From Thermoanaerobaculia bacterium (GTDB taxonomy: Bacteria > Acidobacteriota > Thermoanaerobaculia > Multivoradales > Multivoraceae): a DNA stretch of 64,000 nucleotides. Shown here in pieces: positions 19,567 through 28,355 of this stretch (position 1 is the first letter of the stretch; the number at the start of each line of letters is the position of its first letter). A model generated the notes under the pieces. That model saw nothing but the letters and a program-made list of their open reading frames with translations, was not told where the DNA came from and did not search any database. The stretch lies in contig OY762911.1 of NCBI GenBank assembly GCA_963666565.1, forward strand, positions 2,048,001 to 2,112,000, read 5' to 3'. Both the position numbers and the translations under genes were made by a program.

Positions 19567-22079
19567 GGCACTCTCTCCCCTCGTTCCGACTGCGCCGAGA
19601 TGCGAAGAACCGCGGCGCCGGTGTTGCCCGTCACATCCACTTTCCCGTCATCATCGCCGTCCCCGTCGTCGTCATCATCCTCGTTCGCGCACTGGAACGC
19701 GTTCGTGTCGCTCCTGGTCGAGGCCGTCTGGCCTTGCCGATTGCCGTGCGTCCACCGGGTGCCGTCCGGGCCCGTTATCAAGAGATTGAACTCCAGGGTC
19801 GTGACCGGCGCCACGAACGCCCAGCGGTGTCCGTTGTGCTTGCAGCCGTCGAGCACCTTGACCAGAACTTCCGCGTTGCCCCGGTCGAAGAACCACAGGA
19901 TGCCGGACTGGCCGGATGCCCAGACGCCGGACCTGGCCTGGCCCCCGTCTCCGTCGGGCGTGCGGTAGCACATGCTGACCTTGTAGCCGCCGTCGAACTG
20001 AAGCGCGGTCGTCGTCGGCCTGCAGCCCATGGTCGGCGGAGCTGGGCGGTCACCTTCCCGAACCACGCGGATGTCGTGACCGGAAGGCGCCAGCACCAAC
20101 TCGTAGCGGTTGCCCCGCCAGGTGAACGGCCTGTCGGGGAGGAGCGCACCAGGCCTCGTCCTGTTTCCGTCCACGTCTTCGGTGAAGTCGCACTCGTTCA
20201 GCCAGCCGTTCCGGTCGAGGTCGAGGCAGACGAAGTCCTTGTCGTCCTCGGGCAGCGCGTCAGATGGGGAGTCGAACCGTCCGTCGCCGTTCCCATCGAC
20301 AGCCAGCGCCAGCAGCCGCCCTCCCGACGGCAGCTCGACTTCGCCCCTCCAGACGCTGGACGGGCCGTACACGAGACCGTTCGACAAGTCGCCGCGCTGG
20401 GCGGACATCGTAATGGCGTAGGGCAGGACCAGCCCCGACGCATAGGGCACTTCCAGAACCGCCCCGGTTGTCCCCACAGCCCACGGACGCTCCGTGTTCC
20501 ACGCCGTGAGCAGCGGCGGTCCGTCGTCGGTGAGATTTCGGTTCCTGTTCCGATCAACCCAAACGCGGATGAACCGGTTCTGGAAGTACGACGAGTAGTA
20601 CCCACTCGCCGCGAACCGTTCGACATCGCAAAGCTGAGGCAGGAGCACCGTCGGGCAGGACTCGGGTCTCCTATGGCTGTCGACGAGGATCTCGAACCGG
20701 CCTCCCGCGTCTCCAAGCTCAAGAAACTGGTAGGACGCCGAGTCTCCCCGAACTGCCGGATAGACCACGTCGGATGGCCGACTTGCATGAACCTGTACCC
20801 GCTGAGTGATGTGGAGGCCGGTGTAGCCGCTCAGCCTGCCGTTTCGGCTCACGAAGGCGAGTCCGCGGCCGTCCGTGTTGTCGTCCATCCGGTCCCCGAT
20901 GCCGTCGCCGTCCGTGTCCCGCTGCTCCCGCGGGTTCAGAGGGAAGGCGTCCGCGGCGTTACTCACGCCGTCGCCGTCGGCGTCCCGGTCCAGTGCGTCG
21001 GCGATGCCGTCACCGTCCGTATCGCGCCAGTCTCGGTGGTCCAGAGGCAGAGCGTCGATGAAGTCCGGTGCTCCGTCGCCGTCGTCGTCAAGGTCGGTCC
21101 GATTCGGCGTGCCGTCGCCGTCAGTGTCGTTCGCGGTCCCTGGGCGCGCCAGCGCGGCGCCGGACGACAGCCACTCGAAGATCTCTCTCGGGGGCGTGTC
21201 GCCAGACGAGCAGTGACCGCCGGGCGCATCCAGATCCGCGCGGGTTTCCAGGCCCAGCCAGTCTGAGTAGTACCTCGCCATCGACTCGGCGTCCTGATGC
21301 AGGAAGTCTCCCGTCGTGGCTTCCACGAACACGCGAAAGCGCTCCCTCACGAACTGGGCGGCGAATGGGGTCCACTGAAACGAGGGCCTCCACGGTGCGT
21401 GGTGGAACGGCGGAGCGACGGCGTAGGTGTCGTGCGAGGCGTCGCCGTCGAAATCCAGCCAGAAGCACCCGCAATGCGCGTGAAAGCCACCGCCGTAGCT
21501 GCCGCCGTAGAACTCCATGAACTGCGCCAGGAAGCAAGTGCCCTGGGAGCCGCCGGCGAAGACGATTCGGTCGTGGTCGAGAGCAAGCCGCGACTTCAGG
21601 TTGTTCTGGAGCAGTTCATGGATCAGGCGCGCGTCTTCGCCTTGCCAGAACCGGGTTCCTCCCGCGCCGACTGCTTCGGGGAGCAACGTGCGTTCACCGA
21701 ATGAGATCTCCTCCGGCACCGAGTTGGGAGACGCCGGCACGATCAGCGCCAGCCCAAGATCCAGAGCCGTATCGACGTGCTGGTACCTGGGCTGCCGCAG
21801 CTCCTCGGCCGTTCCCCTGTTGTTCCCGTGGAAGAAAACGACCGCTCCGCGAGGCGTCGTCGGATCCCAGCCGCTCCTCACCCAGTACCGGTAGAGGAGA
21901 GTCCGGCCGGTGGAATCGGTGAACGAGTCATCGTGCCATACCGTGGACTGCCCTTGGACGGCGCCGGAAGCGGCGAGGAGCGCAACTGTCAGCGCCCAAC
22001 GTCGTCGTCCGAGTCTCCGAGTCAGCGCCTGCCGGGAGAGTCGCATCAGTTCTGCACAGTCCGCCAGGGTCGTCCCCAT
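19563..22079 (-). CDS. Secreted alpha/beta-hydrolase with thrombospondin type-3-like repeats and shared module
   Basis: Signal peptide; VFFHGN, GGSQG nucleophile elbow; DTDGDG repeats at ~20880-21130; shared module 19689-20024; Asp-rich linker; start could be 22136, 22079 or 22046. Confidence 0.75.
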   Translation of the reverse strand: MGTTLADCAELMRLSRQALTRRLGRRRWALTVALLAASGAVQGQSTVWHDDSFTDSTGRTLLYRYWVRSGWDPTTPRGAVVFFHGNNRGTAEELRQPRYQHVDTALDLGLALIVPASPNSVPEEISFGERTLLPEAVGAGGTRFWQGEDARLIHELLQNNLKSRLALDHDRIVFAGGSQGTCFLAQFMEFYGGSYGGGFHAHCGCFWLDFDGDASHDTYAVAPPFHHAPWRPSFQWTPFAAQFVRERFRVFVEATTGDFLHQDAESMARYYSDWLGLETRADLDAPGGHCSSGDTPPREIFEWLSSGAALARPGTANDTDGDGTPNRTDLDDDGDGAPDFIDALPLDHRDWRDTDGDGIADALDRDADGDGVSNAADAFPLNPREQRDTDGDGIGDRMDDNTDGRGLAFVSRNGRLSGYTGLHITQRVQVHASRPSDVVYPAVRGDSASYQFLELGDAGGRFEILVDSHRRPESCPTVLLPQLCDVERFAASGYYSSYFQNRFIRVWVDRNRNRNLTDDGPPLLTAWNTERPWAVGTTGAVLEVPYASGLVLPYAITMSAQRGDLSNGLVYGPSSVWRGEVELPSGGRLLALAVDGNGDGRFDSPSDALPEDDKDFVCLDLDRNGWLNECDFTEDVDGNRTRPGALLPDRPFTWRGNRYELVLAPSGHDIRVVREGDRPAPPTMGCRPTTTALQFDGGYKVSMCYRTPDGDGGQARSGVWASGQSGILWFFDRGNAEVLVKVLDGCKHNGHRWAFVAPVTTLEFNLLITGPDGTRWTHGNRQGQTASTRSDTNAFQCANEDDDDDGDGDDDGKVDVTGNTGAAVLRISAQSERGERVP

Positions 22080-22183
22080 CGCTTGTTCTCTCACCTTTTG
22101 CCGCCCTTCGATGGATGCACGGGATTCAACTCGCACAGAGCCTCTGTCGGGTCGTCGTCATGCGGCGGCTCCCTCGCGGCCCT

Positions 22184-23749
22184 CTACCTCCTGGTCTCTA
22201 CCCAGGTACCGGCCGTAACCGTTCTCCCTTCGATCCGGCAGGTGCTCGCGTCGCATGTGTACCGATAGGGACGCCTCTCGACGTAGCCGTTCCGAGAACA
22301 GCGCACGTTCGTTTTGCCACCGGAGTTGCTGAGGGAACACCTCGACAACCCGCCGTTGAGGCTCCACGAATCCGAGGGCAACGTCGTAATGACGTCACCG
22401 ACGTTGTACCTGGTTCCCGACCCGCCGCCGCCGCTGACCGTCACGCGGACGCCGCTGGAACAGTTGTTGCCGGTGTTCGATTCGCCCGACACGGAATCCA
22501 CGCAGGCGCCGTAGTAGTACGTGCCCGCGCTGGACGGCGCCGTCAGGCTGATCGACTCGGCACTGGAGCTCGAGGCGGAGAGGACACCGACCGAATCCGT
22601 GCCGACCTGCGTGTCGGAGGTGCCGATGCTGGAGTTCGACGAGCGGTAGTAGCGCAGCGTCGTGGCGGCGGAGCGACCGTCGCCCTGGTTGCGCACCGTG
22701 GCGCGGAGCGTGAAGCGGTCGCCCGCGCTGAGGCTGCTGTCGCTGACCGACGGGCTCGACACCACGAGGTCGGGCGCCGACGTTGGTTCGTCATCGTCCC
22801 CGTCATCATCACTGTCGTCCCCGTCATTGTCGTCATCACCATCGGTCGCGCAAGCGAACGCTCTGTTGTCGCTCTTGGTCGAAGCCGTCTGGCCTTGCCG
22901 GTTGCTGTGCGTCCACCGCTTGCCGTCCGGTCCCGTGATCCAGAGGTTGAACTCCAGGGTCGTGACCGGCGCCACGAACGCCCAGCGGTGTCCGTTGTGT
23001 GTGCAACCGTCGAGCACTTTGACCAGAACTTCCGCGTTGCCCCGGTCGAAGAACCACAGGATGCCGGACTGGCCGGATGCCCAGACGCCGGACTTCGCCT
23101 GGCCCACGTCCCCAGCGGGCGTGCGGTAGCACATGCTGACGTCGTAGCCGCCGTCGAAGCGGAGCGCCGTTGTCGTGGGCCTGCAGCCTGCGGTTGGCGG
23201 GGGGTCGGGATCGGGATCCGGCGGCTGACTTTCTTCGGACGTTGCGCGCACTTCGCATCCGGTGGGCGTTGCTCCAGAGACCGTCCCGGTCATGTGGAAG
23301 GTCCTGGTCTGGTTGGCCTCCATCCTCCCGAGGAGCTGATTGCCTATCTGGCGCCGCCCCGGCTCGATATAGCCCCGTACCCTGACGTTCCTGACGGACC
23401 GTTGGGCCGTCACGCTCCCGCCGATGGTCGCGTTCCAGGTGCTGCCGGCGGTCTGGTCAGCCCTGCAGGTCGTGACGCGGCCGGTCAAGGCCGGGCCGGA
23501 CGCTGCTGCATGGACGGATTCGGTGTCACCGGCGGCGGCATTGACGAACACCGTGCTCGGTGCGGCGTGCAGAGGCACTTCCCAGGCAACAAGTTCCCGG
23601 TCCTGCTGAGCGGCCGATGGCGCCGAAACGGCCATGGTCAACGCCATCAGCGTCAGCAGGACGGCGGGTCGAGGAACGCGAACGCCTCCGGCTCCGTTCC
23701 CTCCGCGGGTCTGGCGCTTCTGGCTCGGGCCGATCATTGTGTTGTTCAT
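22184..23749 (-). CDS. Secreted mosaic protein: Ig-like domain + shared module + CARDB domain + small Cys-rich C-terminal domain
   Basis: AAGGAG RBS, signal peptide; shared module 22850-23185; APDLVVS..ATVRNQG..YYGACVDSVSGESNTGNN is CARDB-like. Confidence 0.75.
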   Translation of the reverse strand: MNNTMIGPSQKRQTRGGNGAGGVRVPRPAVLLTLMALTMAVSAPSAAQQDRELVAWEVPLHAAPSTVFVNAAAGDTESVHAAASGPALTGRVTTCRADQTAGSTWNATIGGSVTAQRSVRNVRVRGYIEPGRRQIGNQLLGRMEANQTRTFHMTGTVSGATPTGCEVRATSEESQPPDPDPDPPPTAGCRPTTTALRFDGGYDVSMCYRTPAGDVGQAKSGVWASGQSGILWFFDRGNAEVLVKVLDGCTHNGHRWAFVAPVTTLEFNLWITGPDGKRWTHSNRQGQTASTKSDNRAFACATDGDDDNDGDDSDDDGDDDEPTSAPDLVVSSPSVSDSSLSAGDRFTLRATVRNQGDGRSAATTLRYYRSSNSSIGTSDTQVGTDSVGVLSASSSSAESISLTAPSSAGTYYYGACVDSVSGESNTGNNCSSGVRVTVSGGGGSGTRYNVGDVITTLPSDSWSLNGGLSRCSLSNSGGKTNVRCSRNGYVERRPYRYTCDASTCRIEGRTVTAGTWVETRR

Positions 23750-23893
23750 GGTGACCGTGTCTCCTTGGTCCGGTTGGCCGCCAGGTCTCCTGCCCTTCCG
23801 CCGTCAACACCCGGCGATTTGCCGCGACGGACGCGCGCTTCGCGTTTACCGAAGACGCGCTCTTCATCATGCTCGTCAGCCTACGACGGACGC

Positions 23894-23923
23894 GGCTTGT
23901 AGTGCCGAGGAGAAACGTGTAGC
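23894..23923 (-). promoter_or_regulatory. Candidate operator/promoter motif, copy 2
   Basis: GGCTTGTAGT-N10-AACGTGTAGC between the regulator stop codon and the start of 22184-23749. Confidence 0.6.
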
Positions 23924-23947
23924 CGGTCGCGGTGGCGCGGCAGCCGG

Positions 23948-26641
23948 TCAGGAGTCGCCGGGGATCAGGCCCATGTCCCAGGCCCGCCGGACGGCCTCCG
24001 CCCGATTGCGGGTGCCGAGCTTGGCGAAGATGCTCCGCAGGTTGTACCTCACGCCATGCGTCGTCAGACCCAGTTCGGCGGCGATCTCCTTGTCGCGGCG
24101 ACCCGGCAACCGGTGCAGCACTTCAAGTTCGCGCTCGCTGAGCGACGGCGCCGAACCATCGTCCGCGTCGCACATCGCCAGGAGCGAACGGGCGGCTGGC
24201 CGGTGGGAGGCGTCCGCGCCGAGCTCGAGGTACATCCGCAACGCGTCCGCGCAGGTTGCCTGGTCCCGCACCAGGGGCCAGGCGTAGGGCGACTCGACGA
24301 ACAGCCTTAGGTACTCCGTCAGATGCCGCAGGCTCGCCTGGGTGTCGCCGGCCTGCTGTTCCAGCGAGACGGACAGCGCCAGGGCGCGCATCTCGACGGT
24401 GCGGAGGCCCAGCTCGGCCGCAACCGAGCGTAGCCGGCGCAGCAACGAGCGCCCTTCCTCCCACCGTCGGCCCGCGATCGACAATCGGGCGCGAGCTTCC
24501 GAAACGGCCTCCATTTCCCTCCAGCTCTGAGCCGTCAGATCCACGCAGTCCTCAGGCTCCTCCGGCAACGCCTCCCGCCGCCAGGCGCGCTCGGCTTCCG
24601 TCGTGCGGCCGGCGATCGCCAGCACCGATATCCGGAGCGCGACGATCAGTCTCAGGAAGGCGGTCAATCCGGCCCTGCGTGAACGAAGCACCAGCTTGTC
24701 TGCCACGGCGAGAGCCTCTTCGACCTGTCCGGACCCGAGTCTGGCGCCGATCAACACGTTGCTGGCCGTTGCGAAGTACGAGAAGGGCACGCCGTGGCGC
24801 GTCAACACGCTCAGTACGCCGGGCGGGTTGGCGGCTGCCGAAGCCGGGTTGCATTCCAGGGCGATTTCGTGCCGCACGAGATCGCAGCTCGTGGTCGCCG
24901 TGGGATCGAGCATGAAGCACTTCCTGGCAATCCGCCGTGCTCTGCGGCAGTGTGCCCGGGCGTCCCGTGGCCGGCCCCTCACGAAGTCGATCTGGCCATG
25001 CAGGATTCCTCCGTACAGCGCGATGTAGTCGGTACCGGTGGACTCGAGCGCCGCGGAGAGCGTGTCGAGAGCGTCGGCGAACTCTCCCTTCAGAAAGTGG
25101 AGGATGCACAGCCCGTACTCGAACCCGCCGCGCTTGGCCGGGGCCAGATCCGCATCCGCCGTCAGCCGGGCGATGTCGCGAAGCAGGGCCTCCGACGAGT
25201 CCGACCCGACGGGAGATATCCCGTACAGGGCCAGGCAGAAGCGAGCGGTGAGATGCTCCAGGCGGTAGCGGAAGTCGTCCTCGTCGTCGCTGGCGGGGAC
25301 AGGACGGGGACACGTCCGGTAGAGATCCCGAGCTTGGTCGCCACGTCCGGTAAGCGCCAGCGTGACGCATCTGAGGAGCTTGAGTCGCGGCGATTCGGCG
25401 ACGACAGCCTCGCTCAACAGGCGGTTCGCTTGCTGCAACTCCGGGACGCCGTTGCGCATCCACAAGCGTACCCCGCCCGCCTGTTCGGCAATCCGACCGG
25501 CGAGGAACGGATCGCGCCCCTCGATCGCGTGGCGCATGGCCGCTATCGTCTCGCGGCGTTTCGCCAGGGCGGCGGCGATGCGCCGATGGATGGCGGCGAA
25601 GCGTTCCGGGTCTTCGCGAAGCCGCCTGGCGGCGCAGTGCTCTCGCACCAGCGGATGCAGCCGCCAGCGCCGGGTTTCGCCGTCGCTCAGCGGCTCAAGC
25701 AGCCCGGTCAGCGCGGCCATCGACTCGAAGCGGCGCATCGAGTCGTTTCGTTGCAGGACTTCGTCCAACAGCGCCGCGTCGGTCCAGTCGAGCAGGGACA
25801 TGTCCAGAACGAAGTCCCGGTCGCCGCGCCCGAGAGGCGCGAACAGGCGGGACTCGATCCAGTTTCCGAGGAAGCCATGCCCACTGTCGCGGTCGTCGTG
25901 CGCTTCGTGTTGCATACCGTTGCGGGCAATGCGCAGTGCGACCGGCCATCCGGCTGAACGGTCGATCTCTCTCGCCAGGGCTCGGCGGGAAAGGCGGAGA
26001 CCGAAGAACCTGGCCACCTCCGCTCGGGAGAACCTCAGGTCTTCGGTTTCCACGGCCTCCGCGTGGCCCGCCAGCAGGGGACTGGCCACATCGAGGCCGT
26101 CCGGGATCTCCCGGCCCGCCAAAGCCAGGTGCAGATTGGAGGGGCCGCGTTGCAGGAGCAACGTCAGGAGCGGGACGGAGGCGGGATTCAGACGCTCCAG
26201 CTCGTCGAACGCAATGACGAAGGGTCTTCCGAGGGACTCGATTCCGTGCAGAACGGTGCCGATCCGGCTCGCCGGTCCAGCGCGCGTTTCCCTCACGGGC
26301 GGCACGTCGCCCAGGTTCAACCCGGCCTCGGCGCAGGCGAAGGCGATGTAAACGTCGAGTACGCCGGGCTCGTCGTTCTCGTCCAGCGAAATCCAGGCCG
26401 TGGCGACCCCGTCCCGGCGGACTCGGCGGCAGCACTCCGCCATCAGGGTCGTCTTCCCGAAACCGCCGGAGGCCCTCAGCACCGAGAGCTTGCGGCGCGT
26501 GGGCAGCGCCCGCTTCTCGAGTTCCGGCCGGCTGAGGTAGCCGGCCACCCTGTCCGGGATCGCGACCTTCCGCCGCAGCAGCCAAGGGAACGCGCGCGCG
26601 GGGAAGGACTCCGCGGGCATTCCTCGCGACGCTCCGGTCAT
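23948..26641 (-). CDS. MalT-like large ATP-binding LuxR-family transcriptional regulator
   Basis: ASGGFGKTT Walker A, AWISLDEND, AGWPVAL, HPLVRE; C-terminal LSERELEVL..KEIAAELGL..IFAKLG HTH. Confidence 0.9.
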   Translation of the reverse strand: MTGASRGMPAESFPARAFPWLLRRKVAIPDRVAGYLSRPELEKRALPTRRKLSVLRASGGFGKTTLMAECCRRVRRDGVATAWISLDENDEPGVLDVYIAFACAEAGLNLGDVPPVRETRAGPASRIGTVLHGIESLGRPFVIAFDELERLNPASVPLLTLLLQRGPSNLHLALAGREIPDGLDVASPLLAGHAEAVETEDLRFSRAEVARFFGLRLSRRALAREIDRSAGWPVALRIARNGMQHEAHDDRDSGHGFLGNWIESRLFAPLGRGDRDFVLDMSLLDWTDAALLDEVLQRNDSMRRFESMAALTGLLEPLSDGETRRWRLHPLVREHCAARRLREDPERFAAIHRRIAAALAKRRETIAAMRHAIEGRDPFLAGRIAEQAGGVRLWMRNGVPELQQANRLLSEAVVAESPRLKLLRCVTLALTGRGDQARDLYRTCPRPVPASDDEDDFRYRLEHLTARFCLALYGISPVGSDSSEALLRDIARLTADADLAPAKRGGFEYGLCILHFLKGEFADALDTLSAALESTGTDYIALYGGILHGQIDFVRGRPRDARAHCRRARRIARKCFMLDPTATTSCDLVRHEIALECNPASAAANPPGVLSVLTRHGVPFSYFATASNVLIGARLGSGQVEEALAVADKLVLRSRRAGLTAFLRLIVALRISVLAIAGRTTEAERAWRREALPEEPEDCVDLTAQSWREMEAVSEARARLSIAGRRWEEGRSLLRRLRSVAAELGLRTVEMRALALSVSLEQQAGDTQASLRHLTEYLRLFVESPYAWPLVRDQATCADALRMYLELGADASHRPAARSLLAMCDADDGSAPSLSERELEVLHRLPGRRDKEIAAELGLTTHGVRYNLRSIFAKLGTRNRAEAVRRAWDMGLIPGDS

Positions 26642-26684
26642 TCGGCGATCTTACCGGGGACGCCTACTGCTAGATTGCCCGCCC

Positions 26685-28355
26685 ATGAGCGACTGGCATC
26701 ACGCGGACATTCTCGAAGCGATCGCCCGGCACCAGCCGGAGGCGCCGGCGCAAGCCTTCGTCGATCCCCTGGGCGGCGAACCGGCGCGCCGCTACTCGCA
26801 GGCCGAGCTGCACCGTCGCGCGAACGGCGTCGCGGCGACGCTGATCGCGCGCGGCGCGAAGCGCCAGGACAAGGTTGCACAGTACCTCTACAACGTGCCG
26901 GAGTACCTGGAGTCCGTCCTCGCCTGCTTCAAGGCGTCGCTGGTGCCGGTGAACACGAACTACCGCTACGTGGAGAGCGAGCTCCTCTACCTGTGGGACA
27001 ACGCCGACGTCGTGGCGGTTGTCTTCCACGGCTGCTTCGCCTCGCGGATCGCGGACCTGCGGGCGAAGATGCCGGCGATCCACACTTGGCTGTGGGTCGA
27101 CGACGGCTCGGGTCCCTGCCCCGAGTGGGCGATCCCCTACGAGCAGGCGGCCGCCGCGGCGTCCGGCGAGCCCGGCGACTCGCTGGCCTTCGAGGCGCCT
27201 TGGCCGCGCAGCGGCGACGATCTGTGGCTGCTCTACACCGGCGGCACGACCGGCATGCCGAAGGGCGTCATGTGGCGGCTCGACGACCTCTGGCTGCTCG
27301 GCAACGAAGGCCGGCCCGAGCCGTTCGACCTCTCGGGCGGCGTCGAGGGCCTCGTGCCCCAGTTCGACGAACTCCTCATGCGGCGCGTCTCGCTTCCCGC
27401 CTGCCCGCTGATGCACGGCACCGGCTTCCTCACCGCGCTCGGCGGCATGTTGAACGGCGGCACGGTGATCACCCTGGCCAACCGCCGCTTCGACGCGGTC
27501 GCGACCCTCGAGGCGATCACCGGCGAGAAGATCAACGGGATGGCGATCGTCGGCGACGCGTTCGCCAGGCCGATGGTGCGGGCGCTGGAGGCGGAACCGG
27601 ACCGCTTCGATCTCTCCAGCCTGGAGGCCGTCGTCTCCTCCGGCGCGATGTGGAGCGCCGAGGTCAAGCGGGCCTTCCTGCGGTTCTGCCCGCCGGAGAC
27701 GATCCTGACGGACAGCCTCGGGTCGTCCGAGTCGATCGGCATGGGCCGTTCGGACTCGACCGCCGGCGAGGAGAGCGAAACGGCCTCCTTCGTGCTCGGC
27801 GACAACGCCTGCGTCATCGACGACGACGGCAACAAGGTCGAACCGGGCTCGGGCGTGCTCGGCCGCATCGCCGTGACCGGTCACATCCCGCTCGGCTACT
27901 ACAAGGACCCCGAGAAGACCGCGGCCATATTCACCGAAGTCGACGGCGTCCGCTACTCGATGGCGGGCGACTACGCCACCGTCGAGGCGGACGGCTCCCT
28001 CAAGCTCTACGGCCGCGGCTCCGTGTGCATCAACAGCGGCGGCGAGAAGATCTTCCCCGAGGAGGTCGAGGAAGTGCTGAAGACCCACCCTTCGGTCCGC
28101 GACGCGGTGTGCGTCGGCGTGCCGGACGAGCGCTTCGGTCAGGCGGTGACGGCGGTCGTCGAGCTGGACGACGCCGCCCGCTTCAGCGAGCCGGACGTCA
28201 TCGGCTGGGTCAAGCGGGAACTGGCGTCCTACAAGGCGCCCAAGCGCGTCCTGGTGCGGGACAGCGTGGGCCGGGCCGCGAACGGCAAGGCCGACTACAA
28301 CGGCCTGCGCGAGTGGGCGGTCGGCGAGCTCGCCGCGGGCGAGGCGGCGCCGTGA
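26685..28355 (+). CDS. Acyl-CoA synthetase (AMP-binding)
   Basis: YTGGTTGMPKG, GYYKDPEKT, INSGGEKIFPEEVE, NGKAD. Confidence 0.9.
   Translation: MSDWHHADILEAIARHQPEAPAQAFVDPLGGEPARRYSQAELHRRANGVAATLIARGAKRQDKVAQYLYNVPEYLESVLACFKASLVPVNTNYRYVESELLYLWDNADVVAVVFHGCFASRIADLRAKMPAIHTWLWVDDGSGPCPEWAIPYEQAAAAASGEPGDSLAFEAPWPRSGDDLWLLYTGGTTGMPKGVMWRLDDLWLLGNEGRPEPFDLSGGVEGLVPQFDELLMRRVSLPACPLMHGTGFLTALGGMLNGGTVITLANRRFDAVATLEAITGEKINGMAIVGDAFARPMVRALEAEPDRFDLSSLEAVVSSGAMWSAEVKRAFLRFCPPETILTDSLGSSESIGMGRSDSTAGEESETASFVLGDNACVIDDDGNKVEPGSGVLGRIAVTGHIPLGYYKDPEKTAAIFTEVDGVRYSMAGDYATVEADGSLKLYGRGSVCINSGGEKIFPEEVEEVLKTHPSVRDAVCVGVPDERFGQAVTAVVELDDAARFSEPDVIGWVKRELASYKAPKRVLVRDSVGRAANGKADYNGLREWAVGELAAGEAAP

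Noticed and set aside
15961-23185. Diversity-generating retroelement TR/VR pair among the repeated modules
   Set aside because: Differences are mostly synonymous and not adenine-specific; all copies are in-frame coding; no reverse transcriptase in the window
14557-26684. Prophage or integrative element as carrier of the island
   Set aside because: No integrase, transposase, phage genes, tRNA target or flanking direct repeats seen
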